Assembly: GCF_963921235.1 (NCBI RefSeq) | Contig: NC_086097.1 | Location: 107,262,001 to 107,326,000, forward strand | DNA: 64,000 nucleotides | DNA from: Mobula hypostoma | Lineage: Eukaryota | Direction of reading: 5' to 3' | In this document: piece after piece, positions 12,948 to 25,787 of the stretch | Position numbering within the stretch: position 1 is the stretch's first letter | Layout: each line of letters begins with the position of its first letter | Notes under the pieces: generated by a model | The model's input: the letters and a program-made list of their open reading frames with translations, nothing else | Databases searched by the model: none | What the model was told of the DNA's origin: nothing | Program-made: the position numbers and the translations under genes

Positions 12948-13665
12948 CCTCCCTTGGAGGAGCTGCAGGTGCAAGTTGTTCCCCTTGGAGAGCCTGCTGG
13001 TTTGAGTTGTTTCCCTCGGAGAGCCTGCTGATTTCAGTTGTTTGCCACGGAGAGCCTGCTGGTTCAAGTTGCTGATCTAGGAGAGCCTGCTGGTTCAAGT
13101 TGCTGATCTTGGAGAGCCTGCTGGTTCAAGTTGCTGATCTCGGAGAGCCTGCTGGTTCGAGTTGTTTCCCTCAGAGAGTCTGCTGGTTTGAGTTGCTGCT
13201 CTCGGAGAGCCTGCTGGTTCGAGTTGTTCCCCTCAGAGAGTCTGCTGGTTTGAGTTGCCGCTCTCGGAGAGCCTGCTGGTTCGAGTTGTTTCCCTCAGAT
13301 GGGCCATTGGGTCCTGGTACTCTCAGAGATGTTATCCAAATTCTAAGATTTGTGGACTAGACTGTAGTTTATGTTGACCTCTTTCAGTTCTATGCTTTTT
13401 TTATGTTATCACCCTTTTATTTCTTGTTGCCGAATGTCGGGTTGCGGATTTTCATGATATTAGTTTCTGTGTGAAGGATGAGGTTGGGGGTATTTGAGAT
13501 TTGCGAGTTCTTGCTTAATTTTCTTTTCATGTGAGAAGGAGGTACTGTATTGATGTCTTTCTTTCAACTGCTTCTATGATTTTCTGTATTTTGTGGCTGT
13601 CTGTCGAAGACAAGTCTCAGAGTTATATTCTGCATACATACTTTGATAATAAAATAAACTTTTGA
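12948..13665 (+). mobile_element. Unclassified non-autonomous retroposon carrying a minisatellite
   Basis: Splits an old CR1 3' fragment. Flanked by ACCCTCTG and ACCATCTG (7/8 match). Ends GATAATAAAATAAACTTTTGA. Confidence 0.55.
12956..13296. repeat. 31-bp minisatellite, 11 units
   Basis: Unit GGAGAGCCTGCTGGTTYRAGTTG... recurs every 31 bp (12956, 12987, 13018 ... 13266). Confidence 0.95.
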
Positions 13666-13762
13666 ACCATCTGTGTGAAAATCCTGCTTCTCAAATCCCC
13701 TTTAAATTGCTTCCCTCTCACCTTTACTTCTAGTTTTGACTCCCATATATGGTACTTCCAGA

Positions 13763-15215
13763 ATCATAGAAAGAAACAGAAAAACCTACAACACAATACA
13801 GGCCCTCCGAGCATGTACTTAATTTAGAAATTACCTAGGGTTACCCATAGCCCTCTATTTTTCCATGTACCTGTCCAGGAATTTCTTAAAAGACCCTATT
13901 GCATCCGCCTGCACCATGGTCGCCGGCAGCCCATTCCACGCACTCACCACTCTCTGCGTAAAAAACTTACCGCTGACATCTCCTCTATACCTACTCCCCA
14001 GCACCTTAAAACTGTGCCCTCTTGTGGCAGCCATTTCAGCCCTGCGAAAAAGCCTCTGGCTATCCTCATGATCAATCCCTCTCATCATCTTATACACCTC
14101 TATCAGGTCACCTCTCATCCTCCATCACTCCAGGGAAAAAAGGCCAAGTTCACCCAACCTGTTCTCATAAGGCATGCTTGCCAATCTAGGCAACATCCTT
14201 ATAAATCTACTCTAAACCCTTTCTATAGTTTCCATATCCTTCCTGTAGTGAGGTGATCAGAACTTCGCACAGCACGCCAAGTGGGGTCTGAACAGGGTCC
14301 TATATAGCTGTAATATTACCTCTCTGCTCTTGCCCACGGTTGAGGAAGGCCATAACACCGTATGCCTTCTTAACCATACAGTCAACCTGTGCAGCAGCTT
14401 TGAGTGTCCAATGCACTCAGACCCCAAGATCCTTCTGATCCTCCATACTGCCAAGAATCTTGTCATTAATACTATACTCTGCCATCATATTTGACCTACG
14501 AAAATGAACCACCTCACACTTATCTGGGCTGAACTCCATCTACCACTTCTCAGCCCAGTTTGTAAGTATCAATGTCCTGCTGTAACCTCTGACAGCCCTC
14601 CACACTATCCATAACACCCCCATCCTTTGTGTCATCAGCAAATTTACTAACCCATCCCTCCACTTCCTCATTCAGGCCATTTATAAAAATCATGAAGAGT
14701 AAGGGTCCCAGAACAGATCCCTGAGGCACACCACTGGTCACTGACCTCCATGCAGAATATGACCCGTCTATAACCACTCTTTGCCTTCTGTGGGAAAGCC
14801 AGTTCTGGATCCACAAAGCAATGCCCCCTTGGATCCCATGCCTCCTTACTTTCTCAATAACCCTTGCATGAAGTACCTTGTCAAATGCCTTGCTGAAATC
14901 TATATACGCTAAACCTACTGCTCCACCTTCATCAATGTGTTTAGTCACATCCTCAAAAAATTCAATCAGGCTCGTAAGGCACGACCTGCCTTTTTCAAAG
15001 CCATGCTGACAGTTCCTGATCATATTATGCCTCTCCAAATGTTCATAAATCCTGCCTCTCAGGATCTTCTCCATCAACTTACCAACCACTGAAGTAAGAC
15101 TCACTGGTCTATAATTTCCTGGGCTATCTCTACTCTATTTCTTGAATGAGGGAACAACATCTGCAACCCTCCAATCCTCCGGAACCTCTCCCGTCCCCAT
15201 TGATCATTGCCAGAT
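13763..15215 (-). mobile_element. CR1 LINE, 5' truncated
   Basis: RT ORF 14550-15104 (DFSKAFDKV, QGSVLGP, FADD) and C-terminal ORF 13855-14118. Confidence 0.9.
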
Positions 15216-15249
15216 GCTCACTAATCTTCTGTTCCATGTGACTTTGTAA

Positions 15250-16320
15250 CCTTTCTCAAGGTCACACTTTGGCCTCCTTCACTCCAGAGAAAACAGTTTC
15301 AGTCTCTCCTTATAACTCTGGGCCTGTAGACCAGACAATATCCAACTGAATTGTTTCTGCACTTTCTCTAATTTATTCACATTTCCTATATAATGATGAC
15401 CAGAAAAGCATACAGTATTGCAGTGCAGTCTGACCAGTGTCTTGAACAGCTGTAACATGATGTAATATCTCTTGTACTCAGGGCCCTACCTATGAAGGCA
15501 ATTGTGCCATATACCTTTTTCACCAGTTTATCTACCTGTGTTGCTACGTTCATAGTATTATTTGTACCCGTAGGCCTTCAATTCTACAACACTCTTCTGG
15601 TCCCTTTTATTTATAGTGAGTGTGCAGCCCTGGTTTAACTTCCCAAAATGCAGCATCACTTCATATGTCTAAGTTAATACCATTCCATAGCCAATATTCC
15701 CAGCTGATCAATATCCAGTCATAACGCTTCACTGTCCGTCACACCATCAACTTTGGTGCCACCCACAAAATGACTAATCATGCCATTGAAGCTTCTTTTT
15801 CCCCCAAACCATTAATATATATTCATACAGTGAACTTAATACAGTTCCTTGCGAGACACCATTGATTACAGATCTCCAGTCTGAAAAACACACAATGCTC
15901 TCATTGAAAACCACTTTGTCTCTCATTTCACCAAACCAATTTTGTATCCAATTTGCTGGCTCACCCATGACCCTATTTAATTTAACCTTCAGGATGAGAG
16001 TACCATATGAGACCTTGTCAAAAGCCTTGCTAAATTCCATGTAGACAATATCTACAACATTATCCTTGTCAATCCTGTTGATCACCTTTTTAAAAAAAAA
16101 CTCAAATTCATGAGTCACAATTTCCTATGCATACAGCCATGCTGACTATTCGTAATCACCTCTAGCCTTTATGAATGTTTGTTAGAAATCCTGCCAGTAG
16201 CTTTCCCACCACTTATGTTCAGCCTCCCACACTTAGGTCACCTGGCTTGTCCTTGCAGCCCTGCTTGAATAAGGAACAACATGCGACCACCCTCGACTCT
16301 TTTGGTACCTCACCAATGGC
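15250..16320 (-). mobile_element. Old CR1 RT fragment
   Basis: VDIVYMEFSKAFDKV and QGTVL. Confidence 0.75.
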
Positions 16321-16700
16321 TAGATAGGAGATATTCTAGCATATTGCCTGGAATGGAGGGTTGTAGTTATAAGAAGAAGTTGAATAAGCTGGGGTTATTC
16401 TCATAGGAAGCTGAGGAGAGACTTTATAGAAGTTGATAAAATTATGAAGAGATATTATAGACAGTAAGTGAGTCTAGAACCAAAGAGCACAGGTTTAAGA
16501 TGAAAAGAGAGAAACAAAATTTTCTAGTTGAACTTCTCTGTCCATTGCTAATAACAGAAGGCATCACACATGCCTTTTAACAACTTTATCAGCTTAAGGT
16601 ACTAAACTTAAGGATTTGTATACATAAGTTCGGCACGGACTAGAAGGGCCGAGATGGCCTGTTTCCGTGCTGTAATTGTTGTACGGTTATATGGTTATAA

Positions 16701-17258
16701 ACTCAGTGGCCACATTATTAAGTACACCTGTAAACCTACTCGTTAATGCAAATATCTGATCAGCCAATCATGTGGCAGCAACTCAGTGCATAAAAGCATG
16801 CAGATGTGGTCAAGAAGTTCAGTTGTTGTTCAGACCAATCATCAGAATAGGAAAGAAATACTGTATGATCTCAGTGACTTTGACTATGGAATTGCTGTTG
16901 GTGCCGGATGAGGTGGCTTTGAATATCTCAGAAACTGCTGTTGATCTCCTGGGATTTTCACACACAGCAGTCTCTAAAGTTCACAGAGATTCACAGAGAA
17001 ACAAGAAAACATCTAGTGAGCAGCAGTTCTGTGGGTGAAAAAGCTTGTTAATAAGTGAGGTCAGAGGAGAATGGCCAGACTGATTCAAGCTGTTGGGAAG
17101 GTAACAGCAACTTAAATAACCATGTATTATAACAGTGGCGCAAGAAGAGCATCTCTAAATGAACAAAATGTTGAACATTGAAGTGAATGAGCTACAGCTG
17201 CAGAAGACCACAAATATATGCTCTGTGGCCACTTTATTAGGCACATGAAGTAACTAAT
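16701..17258 (+). mobile_element. Tc1/mariner-derived non-autonomous element with transposase HTH remnant
   Basis: Begins ACTCAGTGGCCACATTATT, a motif repeated near 17221. Decayed ISETA.DLLGFSHTAVSKV...KTSSEQQFCG. Confidence 0.75.
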
Positions 17259-18774
17259 ATATCTTCATTTCATGCTGAATCATTGGCTAGTTTAACCACT
17301 TCTACTTAACTTTTTAAAGTTGTTGCTCCACTGTTTAATTGAGAGTAATGGCCGTATGTCTTTTGGTCTTATGTACCACAAACTCTCTGGCTAAAGACAT
17401 TTACTTTACTGTGGTCTTTTATTAAATTGTTTCATCAATATCTTATGATCTCAAGAAGTATAAAGGATTAGTTACTCTGCTTTTGTCTTCTGTTGATAAT
17501 GACATTCAGACAATATAATGAAGATTAAGCAATCACTCAAAGAAATCATGGTCATGACACATAGTCACCTAATCATGTACTGACTGTATCATTTCATGGC
17601 CTCACATTGCATAAATAATTGTAGAAGCAACACAAACATTTATTGCACAATTCGTTTCAGAGAAGCTAATAGTCACTTTCAGTAGATCATGTAAAGGGAG
17701 CAAATCCTTTCTCTATTGATAGTAACAACGTCTTTAATTTCATGGTTACTTTTTTTTAACTAGCCACCCAGTTTGCTGTTTCTAAAGATTGTGCTAAACC
17801 ATTTGCAAGGAAGAAAATCTAAAGTTGTTTCTTTGCAATTTCTTTTTATACCTGACAAAGGCTAAAAACTTAATAAATCCTTTACAATTGAACTTCATAA
17901 ATTCTTTACAATTGGTTCTGAAGGAGGTCACTGCAAAAAAAAATCTCACTTATTCGTGAAGATTGCTATTTGAGCTTCAGTGACCATTTAGTAATCACTC
18001 GTTGGGCAAGTCTAGAGCTCACACATTTTGGCAGAGGGCTCTAAAACAGGAATTCTGCAATAAGGATATTTATTCTATACGGCTGCCAAGGAATAATACA
18101 AAATGACCCAGTCTCATACTGTATCAGATATTGTATGTCTCAAGATATTTAAAATTACTTTTATTTGAACCTGTTTTACACATGTATAGATTTACTAGTT
18201 GATGCCCAATGTGCACAAATTGAATATTTGAATATAGTGATTATTGCTTCAGACTGGTATATAATGAGGCAAATCATGGGAAATGCTAGCACTGTCTTAC
18301 TCAATTACCAATGGAAATGCTTTAAAAGTTCCATCTGGTGAAATGCTACTTAAAGATCACTATTATTGTCCAGCATAGATGTTTAGACCATGACTGAATA
18401 TTTCCTTAAAATTAGTTCTCTAGCCAAGAATAAAACCCTTTCACTAAGTCCCTCAAACTTTTTACTCCATTTAGAAACATTGAACTGTGACAAAGTAATT
18501 TAAATGAAGGCTGGTTAACCTTCCAAAGTTAGTGTCAGTGCTTCACAATGACTTCTATCTGTCATATTGCAGATCTGTGTGTCTCTTTTATTGGTTTCTC
18601 TTAGTCTAATTATACATCATTTTTACCAAATTTAATATACATGCCCCATTGGAAAAGTAGAATCATCAATGTAAATTATTGCTGTGATTCAACATATTCT
18701 GCCATATCAAAAATACTGGATTATACAGTCATTTATAAAACTTCACTGGTAAATCTTACATCTTCAGTAATCCC

Positions 18775-18796
18775 TATATATATATATATATATATA
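18775..18796. repeat. (TA)n microsatellite
   Basis: Direct reading. Confidence 0.9.
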
Positions 18797-18956
18797 AAAG
18801 AAATTCCTCCCTGCGTTACATGTGTGTTGAGAAAGGTCTAGGCATAGTCATTCATCTGCCTTCTTGATGAAGGGAAAGTGGTGTTTTAGAGAAGAATAAG
18901 AAAGCAGATTTATGATCCCATAATAGAGGGCTTCCACAGATGATTTCATAGTTAAA

Positions 18957-19686
18957 CAAAGGGATTTACAGAGGGATCTAGGAATAATGGTGCATAGTTC
19001 CCTGAAGGTGGAATCTCATGTGGATAGGGTGGTGAAGAAAGCTTTTGGTATGCTGGCCTTTATTAATCAGAGCATTGAGTATAGGAGTTGGGATGTAATG
19101 TTGAAATTGTGAGGACATTGGTGAGGACAAATTTGGAGTATTGTGTACAGTTCTGGTCACCGAATTATAGGAAAGATGTCAACAGGATAGAGAGAGTACA
19201 GAGAAAATTTACTAGAATGTTGCCTGGGTTTCATCACATAAGTTACAGAGAAAGGTTGAACAAGTTAGGTTTTTATTCTTTGGAACGTAGAAGATTGAGG
19301 GGGGACTTGATAGAGGTATTTAAAAATTTGAGGGGGATAGATAGAGTTGACGTGGATAGGCTTTTTCCATTGAGAGTGGGGGAAACTCAAAGAAGAGGAC
19401 GTGAGTTGAGAGTTAAAGGGCAAAAATTTAGGGGTGACATGAGGGGGAACTTCTTTACTCAGAGGGTGGTAGCTGTGTGGAATGAGCTTCCAGCAGAAGT
19501 GGTTGAGGCAGGTTCGATGTTGCTGTTAAATTGGATAGATATATGGGCAGGAAAGGAATGGAAGGTTATGGGCTGAGTGCAGGTCGGTGGAACTAGGTGA
19601 GAGTAAGAGTTTGGCACCGACTGGAAGGGCCGAGATGGCCTGTTTCCGTGCTTTAATTGTTATATGGTTATATAGTTATATAGTTA
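18957..19686 (+). mobile_element. CR1 3' fragment, ATATGGTT-tail subfamily
   Basis: ORF 19088-19576 is highly similar to 4198-4773. Tail ATATGGTTATATAGTT. Confidence 0.92.
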
Positions 19687-19989
19687 GTTGTGGAGACTCA
19701 TGATACAGGAAAATCTAATATTCAGACAAAATAATAAGATCAAAGCATTCTCCATCAGATGCCTGAGTAAGAGAAGAAGTAACTAGCTAGAAGTCCATTC
19801 CTGAACACACCTGTGGATGTATGAACACCACCTGAGGTTAGCATGAGACTTAGTCACCCATAACCAATTAACCTGCATACACTAACCATTCGTAGCTTAA
19901 ATTAGGTCCAAGTAGTATGAGTAACACACTCACTTGAGTCGAGTAATTGAATTGAATTGACTTTATTGACAGTAGTAAGATGTCCTACT

Positions 19990-20412
19990 GAGGGGTTGTC
20001 TATTGGTGAGTCTTTAGGTGGCTATAGAGACTGATCCAGGATCCACAAAATCTGGGATGTTAGAGTGGATTTCCTTAATAGAGAAGTCTGTGTGTAGCTT
20101 CGTTTAATGTGGCCAGTCAACACACAGAGCTTAACAAGTCGAGGTCAGGGTCCAGTGGCGTGGAGTGCAAGACATCTGAGGACTCTTCGCTGCTACAGCC
20201 TTCCTCCACATTGTGATGTGTCATCACCTTCAGCCATCTCCACTGTTGAGGTCTTGGTTGCATCTCTCTTTGTCTGGAACTTCCCCCTTGACCCTGGGAG
20301 GACCCTGCCAGGAGCTAAGTCCCAGATGGGTAAACTCCAGATGGCATGGCTCTCAGAATCTTCAGAACTGACAAACCTCTCCACAATGACAAGGTGACAA
20401 TCCTTGGAGAAG
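19990..20412 (-). mobile_element. RTE-clade 5' UTR-like remnant
   Basis: Minus strand begins GTCACCTTGTCATTGTGGAGAGG...GAGAGCCATGCC, resembling RTE (BovB/Expander-type) 5' ends from recall. Confidence 0.5.
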
Positions 20413-20659
20413 GGTTGAAAAGACAAAGTATGTGCAAGGAAAAGGTATAGAAATAGCCCAGCAGTTCAACACATTGTTTATATAATTCAAACGTTCACTG
20501 TGAAAGTTTGGAATAGTAATAAGGTAATGAAGAAAATAAGAAGTATAGGTGCAGCTACATTTGTAAAATGTATAAGATATTTTTAAAATCAGTCTTTAGT
20601 ATATGATCATTAGAATGGGCATTACTAGATTTTTTTCAGGGAATAAACATGGGCAAGTG

Positions 20660-21255
20660 GAAAAGGCGGGAAATGACAAATTGGCATATTGGAGTGAGAT
20701 TGAAAGTCTGATTGAGTGGTGCCACAATGACAACCTTTCACTCAATATCAGGTAAAAGGAGATGATTATTGATTATAGAAAGAAAACTCCAGGGCTCCGT
20801 GAGCTAGTCCTCAGAGGTGGAGAGGGTCAGTAACTTTAAATTCTTTGGCATTATCGTATCAGAATGTCTGTCCTAGGACCAGCACGTAAGCACCTTCACA
20901 AAAAAGGCACAAGAGAGCTTCTACTTTCTTAGAAGATTGTGCAGGTTCAACATACCATCTAAAACTTTGATAAACTTCTATTGACACAGAGTGGAGAGTA
21001 TTCTGACTGGATACATTACGACCTGGTATGGAAGCACCAATGGCCAAGAGCAGAAGGGCCTCCAAAAATCAATCAATATAGCCAGTCCTCAGGAAAAGCC
21101 TTCCAACTAAAAAGAACACATCTACAAGGAGTGCTGCCACAAGAAAGCAACATCCATCATCAAAGACCCTGCCATCCAGGCCATGCTCTCTTCTCAGTGC
21201 TAGTATCAGAAGGAAGTGGAAGGAGATTCCACACCACCAGGTTCAGGAACAGAAA
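20660..21255 (+). mobile_element. Old Rex1/Babar fragment
   Basis: Decayed KKAQ..FYFLRRL, ESILTG.IT.WYGS and HPGHALFS motifs. Confidence 0.75.
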
Positions 21256-21450
21256 ATTCCGCAACTATGTGAAAGAAAGGGGGATGAAAAAATATCGAGG
21301 GGACTCTTTTAGAGACCAACAAAGCAATTTGAGTGTGGAGACAGACAGTATATAAAATTATGAAAGAATACTTTGAGCCTTTCCAATTTTCTTTTGCTAT
21401 TTGCATGGAGCCAGGGAATTAGAAATTTGCTGATGTGACACTGTTACAGA

Positions 21451-24400
21451 AGAACATAAGAAATAGGAGCAGGATAAGGCCATCTGGCCCTTTGAGTCTG
21501 CTTCGCCACTTAATAAGATCATGGTTGATCTATCCATGGACTCATCTCCACCTACCTGCCTTTTTCCCATAACCCTTAATCTATCCAACCTTGTTTTAAA
21601 TATATTTACTGAGGTAGCCTCCACTGCTTCATTGGGCAGAGAATTCCAGGACGTCACCATTCTCTGGGAAAAGCCTCCTCATCTCTGTCCTAGATCTACT
21701 CCCCCAAATCTTGAGGCTATGTCCCTAGATCTCACCTACCAGTGGAAACAACTTTCCTGCCTTTATTTTATCTATTCCTTTCATAACGTTATATGTTTCT
21801 ATAAGATCTCCTCTCATTCTTCTGAATTCCAGTGAGTACACTCCCAGGTGACTCAATTTCTCCTCATAGTCTAACCCCCTCAAATCTGGGATCAAACTGC
21901 TGAACCTCCTCTGCACTGCCTCCAAAGCCAGTATATCCTTCCTCAATTAAGGAGACCAGAACTGCCTGTAATATTCCAGATGTGGTCTCACCAGTACCCT
22001 GTACAGTTGCAGCATAACCTCCTAGCTCTTAAATTCTATCACTCTAGCAATGAAGGCCAACATTCCATTTGCCTTAATGATAGCCTGCTGCACCTGCAAA
22101 CAAACCTTTTGTGATTCATGCACAAGCACTTCCTAGTCCCTTTGCACAGCAGCTTGCTGCAGTTTATTACCATTTAAATAATAATCTGATCTTCCATTTT
22201 TCCTTCCAAAGTGGATGACCTAGCATTTACCAACATTGTACTCCTTCTGCCAGACCCTTGCCCACTCACTTAACCTTTCTATATTTCTCTGCAGACTCTT
22301 TGTATCTTCTGCTCAATTTGCTTTTCCAATCAATTTAGTATCATCAGCAAACTTAGGTACACTACATGTGGTCCACTCTTCCAGATCATTAATGTATGTC
22401 GTAAACAGTTATAGCATCGGCTCCTGCGGCACACGGTCACCACTGATTGCCAGCCCATGTATCCCAACTCTCTGATTTCTATCAGTTAACCAATCCTCTA
22501 TCCATGCTAATACATCACCTCCAACTCTGTGAATCCTTATCTCATGGATAAGTCATTTACGTGGCACCCTATCGAACGCTTTCTGGAAATCCAAGTAAAT
22601 AACATCCATCTGTTTCCCTCTATCCACTGTTCTCATTATATCCTCAAAGAACTCCAGTAAGTTTGTTAAACAGGACCTGCCTTTGCTGAATCCATGCTGC
22701 TTCTGCCTGAAGGATCCATTTCTTTCCAGATGTCTCCATTATTCTTCTTTAATGATAGCTTCAAGCATTTTTCCCAACTACAGACATTAACCTAACTAGT
22801 CTATAGTTACTTGCCTTTTGCCTACGTCTTTTTTTGAACAGTAGCGTGACAGATAGCTACTACATTGAGGTCCTCATCTCCCACTGCATCCATACATCTC
22901 TTTGGCATGTGAGATGTGTCCCCAACTGTGAAGACCAATACAAAATAGTCATTCAAAGCCTCTGCCATTTCCTCATTACCCAATATCAATTTCCCCTTCT
23001 CGTCCTTGAAAGGACCTGCGTTTACTCTAGCCACCCTTTTCCGCTTTATGTAATTTTTAAAAACTTTTACTATCCGTCTTTTTATTTTGTGCTGGTTTAT
23101 TTTCATAATCTAGAATCCCTTTCTTTATTGCTCACTTCGTGGTTCTTTGTTGCTTTTGAAAGTTTTCCCAATCTTCTAGTTTTCCACTACTCTTGGCAAC
23201 TTTGTATGCACAAGCTTTTAGTTTGACACCTTTTATTTCATTAGTTATCCAAGGCTGGCTCTACCCACCCTTACTGTCCTTGCTTTTAACTGCAATATAC
23301 TTTTGTTGAGCACTGTGAAAAATCTCTTTGAAAGTCTTTCACTGTTTCTCAACTGTCCCATCATATAGCCTGTGTTCCCATTCGACATTAGCCAAATCCT
23401 CCCTCATTCCATTGTAGTCTCCATTGTTTAGGCATAAAACACTGGTTTTAGATTGAACTATTGCACCCTCCATTTGTATAATAAATTCAATCATACTGTG
23501 ATCACTCTTTCCAAGAGGATCCCTAACCACAAGATCACTAATTTTACCTGCCACATTCCAGAGGATCAGATCTAGAGTAGCATGTTCCCTTGTAGGTTCA
23601 GTAACATGCTGTTTAAGAAAGCCATCATGGGTGCATCTATGAAGTCCTCCTCAAGATTGCCTTAACCAACTTAATTCACCCAATCTTTGTGCAAGTTAAA
23701 GTGCCCCAGGATAACTGCTGTTCCATTTTTACATGCCTCAGATATCCCTCTGTTTATTGCCTGTGCCACTGTAATGTTATTATTTGGTGGCCGATAGACA
23801 ACTCCCACCAGTGATTTTTTTTCTCTTTACTATTCCTAATCTCTACTCAGATGGATTCAACATTCTGCTCTCTAGATCTTATATATGTCTCCCCCATCAC
23901 CCTGATCTCATCTTTAATTAAGAGCACAACCCCACCTTCCTTACCTTACTGTCTATCCTTCTGTATTACCTAATATCCATGGATATTTAATTCCCAATCC
24001 TCTCTAACCTGTAACCATGTCTCTGTAATGGCCACTAAATCATACTCCCTTGTATTGATTTGTGCCACAAGTTCACTGACCTTGTTTTGAATACTATGGG
24101 CATTCAAATAAAGTGCTTTTAAAATCTTGTAATCTTTTACTCTTTTGCACTTTTTTCACTCCACTTTTACTTTTCTCTTCTTTATATTTTGCTTTTACTT
24201 TATCTTTATCCACACTTTTCTTTTTTACTTTGTCCATACTTCTCCAATATATTGAACCCACCCCCTACTATTTAGTTTAAAGCCCTATCCACGGCCCTAG
24301 TTACGCGATTCACTAGGATCCAGTTCTCATCACTGTTCAGATGGAGCCCATCCCAATGGTACAACTCCCTCCTTCCTCAATACTGGTGCCAGTTCCCCAT

Positions 24401-25450
24401 GAATTCAAACCCACTTCTCCCACACCAATCCTTGAGCCGCACATTTAACTCTCTAATCTTCTTGACCCTGTGCCAATTTGCACTTGGCTCAACTAATAAT
24501 CTAGAGAGTACCACCTTTTTGGTTTTGCTTTTTAATTTAGTCCTTAACTACTCAAATTCCCTCAGCAGAACCTGTTTCCTCATTTTACCTAGGTCGTTGG
24601 TACCCACATGGACCACAACAACTGGATCTTTTCCCTCTCACTGCAAATTCCTCTGCAGGTCAGATAAGATGTCCCGAACCTGGGCACCAGGCAGGCAACA
24701 CAGCCTTCGGACATTCTATCCTCGTGACAGAGAACTCTGTCTATTCCCCTGACTGTACTATCCCCAATTACAATTACACTTCTCTTCTCTCCCCCCTCTT
24801 GAATAGCTTCCTGAACTACAATTAAGTTGCTCATTCTTCCTAGGCCCCCACTGTCATCCACACAGGGAGCAAGAATCTCAGACCTGTTGGACAAGCTTAG
24901 GGACTGAGGCTCCCCCAACACTGTTTCTTGGATCCCACTACCTGCCTCACTCGCAGTCACACCCTCTTGTCCCTAAATAAATTTGAGGCAGCTAATCTAA
25001 TGGGTGTGACTAACTCCTGAAACAGAGAAGCCAGGTAACTCTCCCCTCTCTGATGTGCCACAGTGTTTGAAGCTCAGATTCCGGTTCATCAACTTTGAGC
25101 CTGTGTTCCTCGAGCAGCCAACACTTGCTGCAGATGTGGTCACCAGGAACCACAAAAAGGTCCACCAGCTCCCACGTCATGCGGCTACAGCACATCACCT
25201 GATCCTGCATCATCCCTTCTTTCTCTAATTAGCTGTAATTTAGTGACTTTTTATTTAACCACTACAAAAGCCTTACCTGCTATTTACCTGTGCCTCCTCG
25301 CTGAAGCTTCGTTCCTTCTCCTACACTGCTTCACTCACACAATGGCCCTTCTTTACTTTTATTTGCTTCTGCTAATGCATTGTGAATTAATTGGTTCACC
25401 GCTAATATGCCGAGCCCTGCAAAACGCTCCCTTCTTAAACTCTTCTCCAT
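21451..25450 (-). mobile_element. Near full-length decayed CR1 with ORF1 (zinc finger, zipper, esterase) and ORF2
   Basis: ORF1 pieces HICSKC..LEEHRLKV and VIGDSTVRG, junction at 24272-24281, ORF2 pieces LGKSDHSMIEF, tail at 21451. Confidence 0.88.
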
Positions 25451-25787
25451 GACCTTTGCAAAGTGCTCTCTCTCTCTCTCCCTCTCCCCCCCCCCGAATT
25501 GATTGGTCCACTGCTAATGTCAATTACATGATGAGAGACAAAAAGAAAATCACAGGCCAACCAATATGATATCAGCAATGGGGAAAATATTTGGAAAATT
25601 TCTTGAGGGAAGGAATCAATCATTATTTGGGGAGGAGCAGATTCATCAAGAACAGGAAGCATGGATTTGTTAAGGGAAGGTGATGCAGACAGAAATGTGG
25701 ATCACAAGTTTTTTTCTGGAAATCTGCCATCCAGTGTAAGATTTTCCAGTTAGAGGAAACAACAACTCAGCCATTTATCCAGCCTCA

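Noticed and set aside
12956..13296. Regular 31-bp array as a CRISPR
   Set aside because: Head-to-tail units with no unique spacers, no cas genes, and a eukaryotic context.
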